A stretch of DNA of 64,000 nt from NCBI GenBank assembly GCA_963700145.1, contig OY969474.1, forward strand, positions 5,024,001 through 5,088,000, in the 5' to 3' direction. Each line of letters opens with the position of its first letter. Within the stretch, counting starts at the first letter, position 1. The notes beneath the pieces are model-generated. The model was not told where the DNA came from. It saw only the letters and a program-made list of their open reading frames with translations, and ran no database searches. Source of the stretch: an uncultured Acidobacteriota bacterium (GTDB taxonomy: Bacteria > Acidobacteriota > Thermoanaerobaculia > Multivoradales > UBA5704). This document shows, piece by piece, positions 28,126-36,472 of this stretch. A program made the position numbers and the translations under genes.

Positions 28126-29716
28126 AATCGTAGATCCCGTCGGCGAACCAGTCGCCGCTCCGCCGGTCGCGGAAGATGCGCACCATCCCCCCTTCGCCCA
28201 GCTCGACGTCCCAGTAGTCGCGCTCGACCGGCGTCTCCCCCCACCAGCCGTCCTCCAGCCCCCAGGGCCCGGCGGCCGCGCGCACGCTGCCCTGGAGCTT
28301 CGGCCGCGCCGCGCCGCCGTTCGACACGACCGGCCGGATCTCGCGCGGGCGGAGGAGGGCGGCGGAGATCGCGCCGTCTCTATCGGATGCCGCCTCGCCG
28401 GCGGCGGAATCCTCGGTGATCACCTCCAGCTCGACCGGCGGCCGCAGCACCCGCACCGCCAGGAGACCGCGCCCCTGCGGCGGCTCGCGCCGCACCTCGG
28501 GGGGCGGCGGCGGCGCGTAGCCGACCAAAGCGCAGCGCTCGGGGAGATGGCCGTCCACCGGCTCGGGCGAGCCGACCCGGCCCGGGCCGAGGAGGGCGAA
28601 GAGCCGTCCCAGCGTCGTCGCCAGCTTGTCCGGCGAGAGCGCCGCCGGGCCGAAGAGGGAGAGCTGCGCCTCGCGCGGCCGGTCGGGGAGGGCGAGGAAG
28701 CCGAAGCCGACGACCGCCGCGCCCGGCGGCCGGGCCTCCAGCTCCAGGCGGACGAGCGTCAGCAGCGTCTTGGGGTCGCGCGTCGGCGCCGGCAGGTCGA
28801 GCGAGCGCTCGTGCCAGCCGTCGGGATCGAGGTGGAGCGCCACGGTCAGGCGGATGCAGGCCAGGCCGCGCACCTCCAGCCGCCGGCAGAGCCGCTCGAG
28901 CGCCGCCCGCCCGAGGAAGAGGAAGGGCTCGAGCGAGACAAGCGGCCACTCGAGGGTCATCCGCTCCTCGAAGGCCGGCGGCGGCTCGCGCGGAGTGAGC
29001 GGCCGCGGATCGACGCCCAGCGCCGTCGCGTGGAGGTCGCGTCCGGCGCGCCCCAGGCGGCTCGCCACCCGCGCGCCGGGGAGGCGGGCGAAGTCGCCGA
29101 TCGAGCGCAGCCCCCAGCGCTCCAGGGTGGCGGCGATCTCGGCCTCCGGGCTGAGGCGGGCGAGCGGCAGCGGCGCCAGGAAGGCGGCCTCCTCGCCGGC
29201 GGGGACGACGGTGGGGGAGCCGGGCAGGCCGGCGGCGATCCGCGCCGCCAGCTTGCTGCCGGCGATGCCGACGCGGGCCGGCAGGCCGACCGCCTGGGCG
29301 GCGGCGGCGAGCGCCCGGCCCAGCGCCTCCTCGCCGGCGCGCCCGGCGCCGAAGCGGCGCTCCAGTCCCATGAGGTCGACGTAGGCCACACCGTCGCCGG
29401 CGTCCTCGATGCGCGGCGAGAAGCGCTCGGCGGCCTCGAGCAGCGCCTCCTGCGCCGAGCGCTCGAGCTCCTCGTCGCGCGGCCGCGGCACCAGGTTGGG
29501 GCAGAGGGCGCGCGCCTGCGGCAGGGTCTGCCCGGGCACGATGCCGGCGTCGCGCGCCGAGCGGGTGGCGGCGGTCACCTCCGCGACCTGGCCGTTCCCC
29601 TCGACCACCACCAGCGCCTCGCGCGCCAGCCCCGGCTCGCTGCGCAGCCGCGCCGCGAGCGGAAAGAGCGGCACCGCGAGGCAGGCAAGGCGCGGCGGCG
29701 GGGCGTCGGGCTCCAT
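28124..29716 (-). CDS. imuB: ImuB-like Y-family DNA polymerase homolog
   Basis: ACLAVPLFPL, AERFSPRIE, FLAPLPLARL, QLSLF clamp-binding motif, GPWGLEDGWW, RDYWDV and WFADGIYD. Confidence 0.9.
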   Translation of the reverse strand: MEPDAPPPRLACLAVPLFPLAARLRSEPGLAREALVVVEGNGQVAEVTAATRSARDAGIVPGQTLPQARALCPNLVPRPRDEELERSAQEALLEAAERFSPRIEDAGDGVAYVDLMGLERRFGAGRAGEEALGRALAAAAQAVGLPARVGIAGSKLAARIAAGLPGSPTVVPAGEEAAFLAPLPLARLSPEAEIAATLERWGLRSIGDFARLPGARVASRLGRAGRDLHATALGVDPRPLTPREPPPAFEERMTLEWPLVSLEPFLFLGRAALERLCRRLEVRGLACIRLTVALHLDPDGWHERSLDLPAPTRDPKTLLTLVRLELEARPPGAAVVGFGFLALPDRPREAQLSLFGPAALSPDKLATTLGRLFALLGPGRVGSPEPVDGHLPERCALVGYAPPPPPEVRREPPQGRGLLAVRVLRPPVELEVITEDSAAGEAASDRDGAISAALLRPREIRPVVSNGGAARPKLQGSVRAAAGPWGLEDGWWGETPVERDYWDVELGEGGMVRIFRDRRSGDWFADGIYD

Positions 29717-29719
29717 CGC

Positions 29720-30550
29720 CTACCTCCGCCCGCCCATCGCCGCACGGCGCCGCTCGCCGATGACGTCGCGCTCGTCATCCTGAGCGAAGCGAAGGATCTG
29801 GGCGGGGGGGGCTGCCATCTTCGCGTTAGCGATCGACTCGATCGCCTCGCCCACCCGCAACCCGATCCTCTCCCGCCGCCCCGCCGGGTTCGTCCCGCGC
29901 AGCTTCTCGAGCGCCGCCTCGCCGGCGACGCCGCCGAGGAGCGCCGTCGCCCCTGCGCCGCGCCAGACGCCGCGCCCGCGCTCCAGGCGCAGGACGGCGG
30001 CGGCCGCCGTGCCGCTCACCCGGTAGGGCGTGGAGACCAGGAGCGTCCCGCCGTGCGTCTCGGCGGCGCGCGCCAGCCGCACCCAGAAGGGCTCGGCGCC
30101 GCGGCCGCCGCGCAGCGGCGGCACGCCCAGGTCGAGCGCCACCAGCGCGAAGCCGCCGGTCACCGCCATCTCGGCCGCCGCCAGCGCGTCGGCGGTGCGC
30201 TCCGGGCGCAGCCAGAGGAGACGCGGCAGCTCCACGCCGGCCGCCGCCGCGGCCTGCGGATCGAGCTGGTCGCCGAGGTCGACGAGCGCCGCCGCCTCGC
30301 CGGCCGCGGTGGCGGCGGCGAGGGTGGCGAGGAGGAGCGAGAAGCGCCCGCCGCTCCTGCCGCCGAGGAGCTCGACCAGCCGCCCGCGCGGCAACCCGCC
30401 GCCGAGCAGGCGGTCGAGCGCCGGCACCGCGGTCGGCAGCGGCGACGCCTCCCCGGCCTCCCGCCGCGCCTGCACCAGCTCCGCCGCGCTGCGCAGCGCC
30501 CCGCGCGGGAAATCGACCAGGCTCAGCGGTTTCCGCAGCGGCTCGCTCAT
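29720..30550 (-). CDS. imuA: ImuA/RecA-like protein
   Basis: LPTAVPALDRLLGGGLPRGRLVEL with a degenerate Walker A, AALVD and LDPQAAAAAGVEL; lies upstream of imuB. Confidence 0.82.
   Translation of the reverse strand: MSEPLRKPLSLVDFPRGALRSAAELVQARREAGEASPLPTAVPALDRLLGGGLPRGRLVELLGGRSGGRFSLLLATLAAATAAGEAAALVDLGDQLDPQAAAAAGVELPRLLWLRPERTADALAAAEMAVTGGFALVALDLGVPPLRGGRGAEPFWVRLARAAETHGGTLLVSTPYRVSGTAAAAVLRLERGRGVWRGAGATALLGGVAGEAALEKLRGTNPAGRRERIGLRVGEAIESIANAKMAAPPAQILRFAQDDERDVIGERRRAAMGGRR
29773..29809. repeat. single REP-like element, in frame within the imuA 3' end
   Basis: cgtcatcctgagcgaagcgaaggatctgggcgggg. Confidence 0.88.
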
Positions 30551-30556
30551 CGCTCC

Positions 30557-30600
30557 TCCCGCGATCAAGATAGGGCGGTGAAGAAGCGTAAGTCAATGCC
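30557..30600 (-). promoter_or_regulatory. sigma70-type promoter of imuAB
   Basis: Minus strand TTGACT-N18-TATCTT, then RBS ggagga before the ATG. Confidence 0.55.
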
Positions 30601-30695
30601 GGAGAAACGCGACTAACTTGCTGACTCCCAAGCTTTTCTACGGGAAACGGGAACAAGTGCGGGCGGAGCGCAACCGCCGCTACAATCCCGCTTCC

Positions 30696-31328
30696 ATGAA
30701 CCTCGCCGACCTGCGCCGCGAGTTCGAGGGCCACGGCCTCGAGGCCGGCGACCTCGCGGCCGACCCGGTCGAGCAGTTCCGCGTCTGGTTCGAGCAGGCG
30801 GCGGCGGCCGGGGTGCCCGACGTCACGGCGATGACCCTGGCGACCGCCGACGCCCGCGGGCGTCCTTCGGCGCGCGTCGTCCTGCTCAAGGGCTACGACG
30901 CGCGCGGCTTCGTCTTCTTCACCAACTACGAGAGCCGCAAGGCGCGCGAGCTGGCCGAAAACCCCGAGGCCGCGCTGGTCTTCTACTGGGGGCCGCTCAA
31001 CCGGCAGGTGCGGATCGCCGGCGGCGCCGAGCGCACGACGCGCGCGGAGTCGGAGGCCTACTTCGCCACGCGCCCGCTCGGCGCCCGCCTCGGCGCCTGG
31101 GTCTCGCGGCAGAGCCGGCCGCTCGCCGGCCGCGAGGAGCTGGAGCGCGAGTTCCTGGCCCTCGCCGAGAAGCTCGGCGACGAGGTGCCGCTCCCGGACT
31201 GGTGGGGCGGGTTCCGCGTGACGCCGCGCGAGGTCGAGTTCTGGCAGGGCCGCCCCAGCCGCCTCCACGACCGCTTCCTCTACCGCCGCGCCGGCGACGG
31301 CTGGACGATCGACCGGCTGGCGCCCTGA
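30696..31328 (+). CDS. pdxH: pyridoxamine 5'-phosphate oxidase
   Basis: [23 protein letters not shown] and [13 protein letters not shown]. Confidence 0.96.
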   Translation: MNLADLRREFEGHGLEAGDLAADPVEQFRVWFEQAAAAGVPDVTAMTLATADARGRPSARVVLLKGYDARGFVFFTNYESRKARELAENPEAALVFYWGPLNRQVRIAGGAERTTRAESEAYFATRPLGARLGAWVSRQSRPLAGREELEREFLALAEKLGDEVPLPDWWGGFRVTPREVEFWQGRPSRLHDRFLYRRAGDGWTIDRLAP

Positions 31329-31379
31329 CCGCCCGCCGGCGACGGGTCTCGGAGCGCGGCGAGGGATGCGGAGGCCGCC

Positions 31380-31591
31380 GTTACGGAGATCGAGCGCCCG
31401 TTACGGAGATTGCGCGCCCGTCACGGAGATGGAGCATCCATCTCGGAGATCGAGCGCCCATCTCCGAGATCGGGCGCCCATCTCGGTGACGGCGCTTCCG
31501 TCACGGTGACGCAGCCTCCCATCTCGGAGATCGCGCGCCGGTCACGGAGATCGCGCGCCGATTACGGAGATGGAGCTTCCATCTCCGAGAC
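31380..31591. repeat. 20-bp-period palindromic tandem array 3 (11 units, core ATCTCgGAGAT / GTCACgGTGAC)
   Basis: Units at 31380, 31400, 31420, 31440, 31460, 31480, 31500, 31521, 31541, 31561 and 31581, between convergent genes. Confidence 0.92.
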
Positions 31592-31639
31592 GGAGCGATT
31601 TGCGCGCCGTTTTGGCAGCGCGCAGCACCGGGGCCTCGT

Positions 31640-32119
31640 CTAACCGCCCGCGGCGGGGGTGTAGCCGGTGACGTGGATCTCGCGGCGGGCGAGGTCGGCG
31701 GTGCCGGTCGTCCAGACCGGGAGGCCGTTGACCCAGGCGTAGCGCGGGTCGGAGCTGTGGAGGGTGACGTTGATGTAGAGGCGGAGGAGCCCGGTCGCGG
31801 GATCGGGGACGGCGACGCCGCCGCCGAAGAAGGCGACCGCGGCGCCGTCCGGGGTGGCGATGCGCAGGTGGATGTGGAGGTCCATGCGGCCGTCGCCGCG
31901 CACGCGGGCGTAGTCGGTGCCGGCGGCGGTGCCGCTCAGGCGCGGGCCTTCGAGCGCGCCTTCGAAGACGACGTCGAAGCGCGCGCCGCCGGGCGGCGGC
32001 GGCACCGTTCCCGAGAAGAGCGTCTCCAGCGAGTAGCCGTACTCGCCGATGCCGGTGATGGCGAAGCGCGCCTCGTAGAGGGGCTCGCCGGGGGTAAAGC
32101 TTTGCGGTGCCGTCACCAT
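31640..32119 (-). CDS. DUF3237-like beta-barrel protein
   Basis: FEGALEGPRLSGTAAGTDYARVRGDG and DPRYAWVN. Confidence 0.65.
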   Translation of the reverse strand: MVTAPQSFTPGEPLYEARFAITGIGEYGYSLETLFSGTVPPPPGGARFDVVFEGALEGPRLSGTAAGTDYARVRGDGRMDLHIHLRIATPDGAAVAFFGGGVAVPDPATGLLRLYINVTLHSSDPRYAWVNGLPVWTTGTADLARREIHVTGYTPAAGG

Positions 32120-32128
32120 CGCGCGCGC

Positions 32129-33463
32129 CTAGGGGCAGCCGACCGTCTGGATCGAGTCGCTGCCGGTGAATGGATCGCCGCCCAGGGTCGCGCCGACGAG
32201 GGTCGCCGTCGTGTCGCCGCACTGGATGCCGGTCGCCTGCGTCCGGAAGTGCAGCACGAGGTCGAGGTCGCCGTCGCCGTCCACGTCGGCGGGGTGGCCC
32301 TTGCCGTGGGCCTCCGGCGCGCCGGCCGGGCCGGAGAAGCGCACTGTCGCGACGTCGATCGTCAGGGCGTCGAACCCCGCGTCGCTGAGCACGGCGACGG
32401 GGATCACCCCGTGGCTGTTCGGGTTGACGCTGTTGGGGAAGCTCCCGGGCTTGACGTCGATCGCCACCACCGCCGGCGGCTCCGGCTCGTCCAGGGGATC
32501 GAACTCGAGGAAGTTGTAGTTGCGGCCCGCCGGCAGGAAGGGGTTGCCGATCAAGGCGCCGGTGGCGAGGTCGAGCCCGAAGATCCGCCGCGTGTTCGGG
32601 TCCTCGGCCTGGAAGACGCCGGCGAAGTAGAAGACGTCGTTGTTGGGGTCCAGCGCCGAGACGCCGCTCGAGACCAGGCAGCAGCCGGCGACGCCGGCGC
32701 CGACCGGGGTCAGCGCCCCGGTCGCCGGGTCGATCGTGGCCAGCAGCTCGGTCGTCGTGGCGGTGTCGAAGGCGACGGTGTAGAGGGTCCCCGGGCTGCG
32801 GTCGAAGCCCAGGAAGTTGTAGTTGAAGCCGGCTGGAAGCAAGGGGTTCGAGAGCACCGCCCCGGTCGCGACGTCGAGGGCGAAGATGCGCATGTCGTTC
32901 GGCCCGTCGGCCATGAAGCGGCCGAAGAAGTAGGCCACGTCGCCGGCAGCGTCGAGCGCCGAGGTGCCGCTCGGCACCAGGCAGCAGCCGGCGGCGCCGG
33001 CGCCGATCGGCGTCACGGCGCCGGTCACCGGGTCGATCTCGGCCAGCACCTCGGCGGTCGCGCCGAGGTCGTGAATGATGCCGTAGAGCGTGCCGGTGCC
33101 GGGGTGGAAGTCGATGAAGTTGTAGTTGAAGCCGGCCGGCAGGACCGGCTGCGAGAGCACCGCGCCGGTCGCCGCGTCGAGCGCGAAGATGCGCTGGGTG
33201 CCCGGCGGGTCGGCCTGGAAGAGGCCGACGAAGTAGAAGACGTTGGCCGCCGGGTCGAAGGCGGAGACGCCGCCCGGCACCAGGCAGCAGCCGGCGATGC
33301 CGAAGGCGGCGTCGGTCAGCGCGCCGGTCGCGGGATCGACGACCGCCAGCCGCTCGACCGTCGTCGCCGTGTCGAAGGCCACCGTGTAGAGGGTGTCCGA
33401 GGCCTGCAGCCCCGCCGCCGTCAAGAGCCCTGCGCCCAGCACCGCCGCGGTCATCGCGCGCAT
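32129..33463 (-). CDS. secreted protein with three ~100-aa tandem repeats (probable beta-propeller) and a C-terminal Ca-binding-like domain
   Basis: Signal peptide; three copies of TLY...DPATG...AGCCLV...RIFALD...PAGxNYNF; C-terminal IDVKPG...DVDGDGDLDLVLHF. Confidence 0.85.
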   Translation of the reverse strand: MRAMTAAVLGAGLLTAAGLQASDTLYTVAFDTATTVERLAVVDPATGALTDAAFGIAGCCLVPGGVSAFDPAANVFYFVGLFQADPPGTQRIFALDAATGAVLSQPVLPAGFNYNFIDFHPGTGTLYGIIHDLGATAEVLAEIDPVTGAVTPIGAGAAGCCLVPSGTSALDAAGDVAYFFGRFMADGPNDMRIFALDVATGAVLSNPLLPAGFNYNFLGFDRSPGTLYTVAFDTATTTELLATIDPATGALTPVGAGVAGCCLVSSGVSALDPNNDVFYFAGVFQAEDPNTRRIFGLDLATGALIGNPFLPAGRNYNFLEFDPLDEPEPPAVVAIDVKPGSFPNSVNPNSHGVIPVAVLSDAGFDALTIDVATVRFSGPAGAPEAHGKGHPADVDGDGDLDLVLHFRTQATGIQCGDTTATLVGATLGGDPFTGSDSIQTVGCP

Positions 33464-33549
33464 CGCCGTTCCTCCTCGAGGGTCGAGCCGGAGGGCAGTG
33501 TACGGAGCGGCGCGGGCCGTCTGCAACCGGCGCCCGCGCGTTTGCTCGA

Positions 33550-34011
33550 TCAGTCGAGCGCTTGTGCGATCTGCGGCAGGAGCGTCGCCGGCATGCTGAT
33601 CTCGACCTCGTCGCCGTGCCCCTCGACGTGCACCTGCAGGGTGTCGCCGCGCTTGGCGATCTGCACCCACTCGCCGTGGTCGCGCACGTCGACCAGCACC
33701 ATGTCCGGCGCCTCGGCCAGCTCTTCGAACGCGGCGGCCGCCGCCGGCGCCCAGGCGTCGAGGTGGCAGGCCTTGCCGTCGACGTCCCAGGCGACGTGCG
33801 GCCCGAGCCGCACGCCGAGGAGCGCCAGCGAGACCAGCGCCGCCGGCACCGGCAGGTCGAGGTCCACCGAGCCGTCGGGGCCGGAGGAGCGGACCTGCAC
33901 GTTGACGACCCCGGCGCGCGCCACCGCCGCGGCCAGGAGCACGCCCGAGCCGACGAAGATCACCATCAGCACGACGAAGACGACGAGGACGACCTTGACT
34001 CCCTGGCTCAT
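33550..34011 (-). CDS. hypothetical membrane-anchored protein
   Basis: RBS aaggag, N-terminal TM segment, and repeated VxxxxPxxL motif. Confidence 0.7.
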   Translation of the reverse strand: MSQGVKVVLVVFVVLMVIFVGSGVLLAAAVARAGVVNVQVRSSGPDGSVDLDLPVPAALVSLALLGVRLGPHVAWDVDGKACHLDAWAPAAAAAFEELAEAPDMVLVDVRDHGEWVQIAKRGDTLQVHVEGHGDEVEISMPATLLPQIAQALD

Positions 34012-34022
34012 GGCCTACTCCT

Positions 34023-34595
34023 TCACCGCGCCTCGGGCGCGTCGTCGATCCAAATCCGCACCCGGTCGCCGTCCCCGGAGGCGGCGACCAGCTCGCCGGC
34101 GCCGTGCCGCGCCAGTGCCGTGAAGGCGGCGGCGAGGTCGAGCTGCTCGCCGCGCCCGGAGAGCAGGGCCTCGACGACCGGCGCCGGCACCCGCACGTGC
34201 ACGTCCTCGGGGTCGTCGTCGCCCCAGCCTTCGTGGCGCACCCGCAGGTGGAGGTAGCCGCCGTGGCGCCAGGCCCAGACGGTGTCGTCGGGGTCGTCGA
34301 CGGGGATGACCCGCGCGTTTGCGCCGTCGGCGAGCGAGCGCCAGATGGCGCGCAGCTCGGCGGCGGAGAGCTCCTCGTCGCCGACCACCAGCCGTCCCGA
34401 GCGCCGCGCATCCGGCGGCACCCGCTCGGCGACGCGGGCGACGAGGGCCAGCGGCAGGTTGATCCGCACCTGCGCGCCGCCGTGCGCCTCGTCCACCCGC
34501 AGGTGGATCCAGCGGCCGGCGGTCTCCGCGCCGGCCGGCGCGGCGGCGACGCCGGCGGCGAGCGCCAGGGCCAAAAGGGTCGTCTTGCTGTGCAT
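34023..34595 (-). CDS. hypothetical exported protein
   Basis: Signal peptide MHSKTTLLALALAA; internal repeat WIHLRV...VRINLPLALV / YLHLRV...VHVRVPAPVV. Confidence 0.72.
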   Translation of the reverse strand: MHSKTTLLALALAAGVAAAPAGAETAGRWIHLRVDEAHGGAQVRINLPLALVARVAERVPPDARRSGRLVVGDEELSAAELRAIWRSLADGANARVIPVDDPDDTVWAWRHGGYLHLRVRHEGWGDDDPEDVHVRVPAPVVEALLSGRGEQLDLAAAFTALARHGAGELVAASGDGDRVRIWIDDAPEAR

Positions 34596-34616
34596 CAGCG
34601 GTTCCCTCCGAGAGAC

Positions 34617-34645
34617 TAGACGAGCGGGAGTGGCCCCGGGTTTCA
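34617..34645 (-). promoter_or_regulatory. ECF-sigma-like promoter
   Basis: Minus strand TGAAAC-N17-CGTCTA, upstream of RBS ggagg. Confidence 0.55.
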
Positions 34646-34653
34646 CGTTCCCG

Positions 34654-34741
34654 TGTCATTCCGAGCGCAGCGAGGAATCTGGGGGCGGGCCGGTGAGGCG
34701 GAGCGCCCCCGCCCAGATCCCTCGCTACGCTCGGGATGACA
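34654..34741. repeat. REP-like inverted pair (variant subtype), intergenic
   Basis: tgtcattccgagcgcagcgaggaatct ... agatccctcgctacgctcgggatgaca; arranged in the opposite orientation to the pairs at 21652 and 23530. Confidence 0.85.
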
Positions 34742-34759
34742 TAGCTAGAATCCCTCGCG

Positions 34760-36472
34760 ATGCTCGACAGGAGGCGGTTTCTCACCGGCTCGGCCCTCGG
34801 GCTGGGCGCGGCCGCGCTGCCGGCCTGGGCGAACGGCAACGGCGGCGCGGCGGACCCGGCGGCGATCGCCCGCGGTGACCTGGCGGCGGTGGAGAAGCTG
34901 GCCGGCCTCGCCTTCGCCGACGCCGACCGCGACCTGATGCTCGAGGACGTCGCCGAGCTGCGCGCCGACTACGAGGCGCTGCGCGGCGTCCGGCTCGACA
35001 ACGCCGTCCCCCCCGCGATCCGCTTCGACCCGGCCCTCCCCGGCGCGCCGCCGCCGGCCGGCGCCTCCTCCTTCCGCCTCCTGCCGGCGCCGCCGCCCGT
35101 CCGCCCCGCCGACCCCGAGGCGTTGGCCTTCCTGCCGGCGGTGACGCTAGGGCGGCTGATCGCCTCCGGGCAGATCAGCTCGGTCGAGCTGACGCGCCTC
35201 TACCTCGAGCGCCTGAAGCGCTACGACCCGCTCCTCCTGGCGGTCGTCACCCTGACCGAGGAGCGGGCGCTCGAAGAAGCCGAGCGGATGGACCGCGAGC
35301 TGGCCGAAGGCCGCCCGCGCGGTCCGCTCCACGGCGTCCCCTGGGCTGCGAAGGACCTGCTCGCCGCCCGCGGCTACCCGACGACCTGGGGCGCCGGCCC
35401 GTTCAAGGAGCAGGTGCTCGACTACGACGCCACGGTCGTCGAGCGGCTGGGAAGGGCGGGGGCGGTGCTGGTGGCCAAGACGACGCTCGGCGAGCTGGCC
35501 TGGGGCGACGTCTGGTTCGGCGGCACGACCAAGAACCCCTGGAACCTGGAGCAGGGGTCGAGCGGCTCCTCGGCGGGGTCGGCGGCGACGACCGCGGCCG
35601 GGCTCGTCGGCTTCGCCGTCGGCAGCGAGACGCTGGGCTCGATCGTCTCCCCCTGCACCCGCACCGGCGCCACCGGCCTGCGGCCGACCTTCGGGCGCGT
35701 CCCCCGCCACGGCGCCATGGCGCTCTCCTGGACGATGGACAAGCTGGGGCCGATCTGCCGCAGCGTCGAGGACTGCGCCGCCGTCTTCGCCGCCGTCGCC
35801 GGCCCCGACGGCCGCGACCCGACGGCGACCGACGCGCCGTTCGTCTGGGGCCCGGAGCGCGACCCGCGCCGCCTGCGCGTGGGGTACACGAAGGCGCTCT
35901 TCGAGGCCGAGCCGGAAGAGGAACAGAAAGAGTGGCACGCCTTCGACCTCCAGAGCCTGGAGACGCTGCGCGGCCTCGGCGTCGAGCTCCTGCCCATCGA
36001 GCTGCCGGCGCTGCCGATCCAGGCGATGGGGCTGATCCTCTCGGTCGAGGCGGCCGCCGCCTTCGACGAGCTGACGCGCAGCGGCGCCGACGACCGCCTG
36101 GTGCGCCAGATCCGGCGCGCCTGGCCGAACGTCTTCCGCGTCGCCCGCACCGTGCCGGCGGTCGAGTACGTGCAGGCCAACCGCGTGCGGACGCTGCTGA
36201 TGGAGGAGATGGCGAAGCGCTTCGCCGCCGTGGACCTCTACGTCGCCCCCACCTACGGCGGCGACAACCTCCTGATCACCAACCTCACCGGCCACCCGGC
36301 GGTCGTCCTCCCCAACGGCTTTCGGAAAGACGGCACGCCGACCTCCATCACCTTCACCGGCGGCCTCTGGCTCGAAGCCGACCTCCTGGCCTTCGCCAAG
36401 CTCTACCAGGACGCGACCGACTTCCACCTGCGGCGGCCGCGCCTCGCGCCGCCCGCCCCGGCGCCGGCATGA
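34760..36472 (+). CDS. amidase-signature family enzyme with Tat signal
   Basis: DRRRFL twin-arginine motif; GPLHGVPWAAKDL, SSGSSAGS and GSETLGSIVSP. Confidence 0.92.
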   Translation: MLDRRRFLTGSALGLGAAALPAWANGNGGAADPAAIARGDLAAVEKLAGLAFADADRDLMLEDVAELRADYEALRGVRLDNAVPPAIRFDPALPGAPPPAGASSFRLLPAPPPVRPADPEALAFLPAVTLGRLIASGQISSVELTRLYLERLKRYDPLLLAVVTLTEERALEEAERMDRELAEGRPRGPLHGVPWAAKDLLAARGYPTTWGAGPFKEQVLDYDATVVERLGRAGAVLVAKTTLGELAWGDVWFGGTTKNPWNLEQGSSGSSAGSAATTAAGLVGFAVGSETLGSIVSPCTRTGATGLRPTFGRVPRHGAMALSWTMDKLGPICRSVEDCAAVFAAVAGPDGRDPTATDAPFVWGPERDPRRLRVGYTKALFEAEPEEEQKEWHAFDLQSLETLRGLGVELLPIELPALPIQAMGLILSVEAAAAFDELTRSGADDRLVRQIRRAWPNVFRVARTVPAVEYVQANRVRTLLMEEMAKRFAAVDLYVAPTYGGDNLLITNLTGHPAVVLPNGFRKDGTPTSITFTGGLWLEADLLAFAKLYQDATDFHLRRPRLAPPAPAPA

